DNA from: Rotaria socialis
Lineage: Eukaryota
Direction of reading: 5' to 3'
DNA: 35,811 nt
NCBI GenBank assembly: GCA_905331485.1
Contig: CAJNYT010000045.1
Coordinates: 4,015 to 39,825 of the forward strand
This document shows, piece after piece, positions 35,100 through 35,811 of this stretch. Every line of letters begins with the position of its first letter. Within the stretch, counting starts at the first letter, position 1. The translations under genes and the position numbers were made by a program. Below the pieces are notes generated by a model that saw nothing but the letters and a program-made list of their open reading frames with translations, was not told the origin of the DNA and searched no databases.

Positions 35100-35400
35100 T
35101 TGCGGTAAACCGCGGTAATTTTAGAAAAGCGGTAAATTTATATGAAATGGGAGCCGGTAACCGGAGCGGTAATACCGCGGTTAACCGCTAGTTTTCCGGT
35201 ACCCTTTTTATACCGTCATCATATAGGAAAAAAGATGCCTAAAATAGCCCGATCAATGACTTTTAGCAACAATTTTTTATAAACGCTCAGCGAACCGGTT
35301 AATCGAAAAATACCGGCGGTAAATTTGTGTTGATGGGAGCCAGTAACCGGAGCGGGAAAACCGGGGAAAACCGTCAATTTTACTCCGGTTTTTCCAACAG
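35100..35400 (+). repeat. Two direct copies (period about 185 bp) of the GGGAGCC(G/A)GTAACCGGAGCGG repeat, in inverted orientation relative to 33160-33245
   Basis: 35140-35200 agcggtaaatttatatgaaatgggagccggtaaccggagcggtaataccgcggttaaccgc. 35318-35380 ggcggtaaatttgtgttgatgggagccagtaaccggagcgggaaaaccggggaaaaccg. Confidence 0.55.
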
Positions 35401-35559
35401 GGGTTAGGAGGGGACTCTCAGAAAAAATCGAATATCTCCGAAATGGTACAATATTTTTTCAAAACGGCCTGCGCAAAAAATTCATCAAACTTTTCCCCCG
35501 ACAAACGTAAACAGAAACAAGTCGAATCGGTTTTCATCGATTGAGCAGGGTCGGTCGTG

Positions 35560-35750
35560 GCATACGCGGAATGGCTCATATACTAGTCACCAGAGCATCA
35601 ACCAGGCCGTGTTTTTGTAGGCCTGGCCGGTTCGTGACAGGCCTTTGCATTTCAAGCCTGCCTGTGCCTGTCAACTAATTTGTTCGGCCTGGCCTGCCTG
35701 CCTGTCATTCTCTACGGCCTGCCTGGTCTGCCTGACAAGGCCTGTCAATT
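35560..35750. repeat. GC-rich simple repeat built from GCCTG / GGCCTG units
   Basis: ccaggccgtgtttttgtaggcctggccggttcgtgacaggcctttgcatttcaagcctgcctgtgcctgtcaactaatttgttcggcctggcctgcctgcctgtcattctctacggcctgcctggtctgcctgacaaggcctgtcaa. Strong local composition shift relative to the AT-rich window. Confidence 0.5.
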
Positions 35751-35811
35751 TTTTTTAATGCTAATATCATTACGAGGATAGAATAGAAACATGTAATTAA
35801 TGTTGAGAATG

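Noticed and set aside
1-35811. Possibility of prokaryotic features (operons, CRISPR, rRNA/tRNA genes)
   Set aside because: Every supported gene is interrupted by short GT-AG introns; composition and gene content are eukaryotic; no CRISPR-like regular repeat-spacer array and no rRNA were seen. The only tRNA-like sequence is the weak B-box-like motif noted above.

Overview
This window is eukaryotic nuclear DNA from an AT-rich genome with short introns (about 50-80 bp) and canonical GT-AG splicing. I could not reconcile the six-frame ORF track with the sequence without splicing. It holds four protein-coding loci I can support from the sequence, plus transposable-element debris.

- **Vault locus.** Two diverged major vault protein (MVP) genes lie tail-to-tail at 10568-13907 (+) and 15008-18079 (-). 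They have very different exon structures (14 versus 8 exons) and one GC-AG intron.
- **Pentapeptide-repeat genes.** A tandem pair of single-pass membrane proteins, each with a long pentapeptide-repeat (A[DN]LXX) domain, sits at 20716-22057 (-) and 24280-25818 (-). Both genes are spliced, each carries a different premature stop codon, and they share a 185-bp stretch that is identical at the nucleotide level.
- **Other genes.** A 9-exon SUN-domain (Sad1/UNC-84) nuclear-envelope gene lies at 27063-29739 (-). An SLC35E-like nucleotide-sugar/triose-phosphate-type transporter gene lies at 7208-8877 (+).
- **Repeats and mobile DNA.** At the left edge (about 554-2365, -) there is a frame-shifted transposase-like relic flanked by CG-rich palindromic motif arrays. 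A repeat family of about 530 bp occurs three times; one copy is an insertion present in only one of the two tandem duplication units. Two tandem minisatellites, a MITE-like inverted repeat, and a roughly 780-bp hairpin palindrome bracketed by inverted GGGAGCCGGTAACCGGAGCGG-type repeats (a candidate foldback element) make up the rest.

Splice-site coordinates were derived by hand and phase-checked: each gene's exon lengths sum to a multiple of three. Individual junctions could still be off by a few bases. The taxon is not determinable from the window; MVP plus SUN plus SLC35E with this composition suggests an invertebrate metazoan or another MVP-bearing eukaryote.
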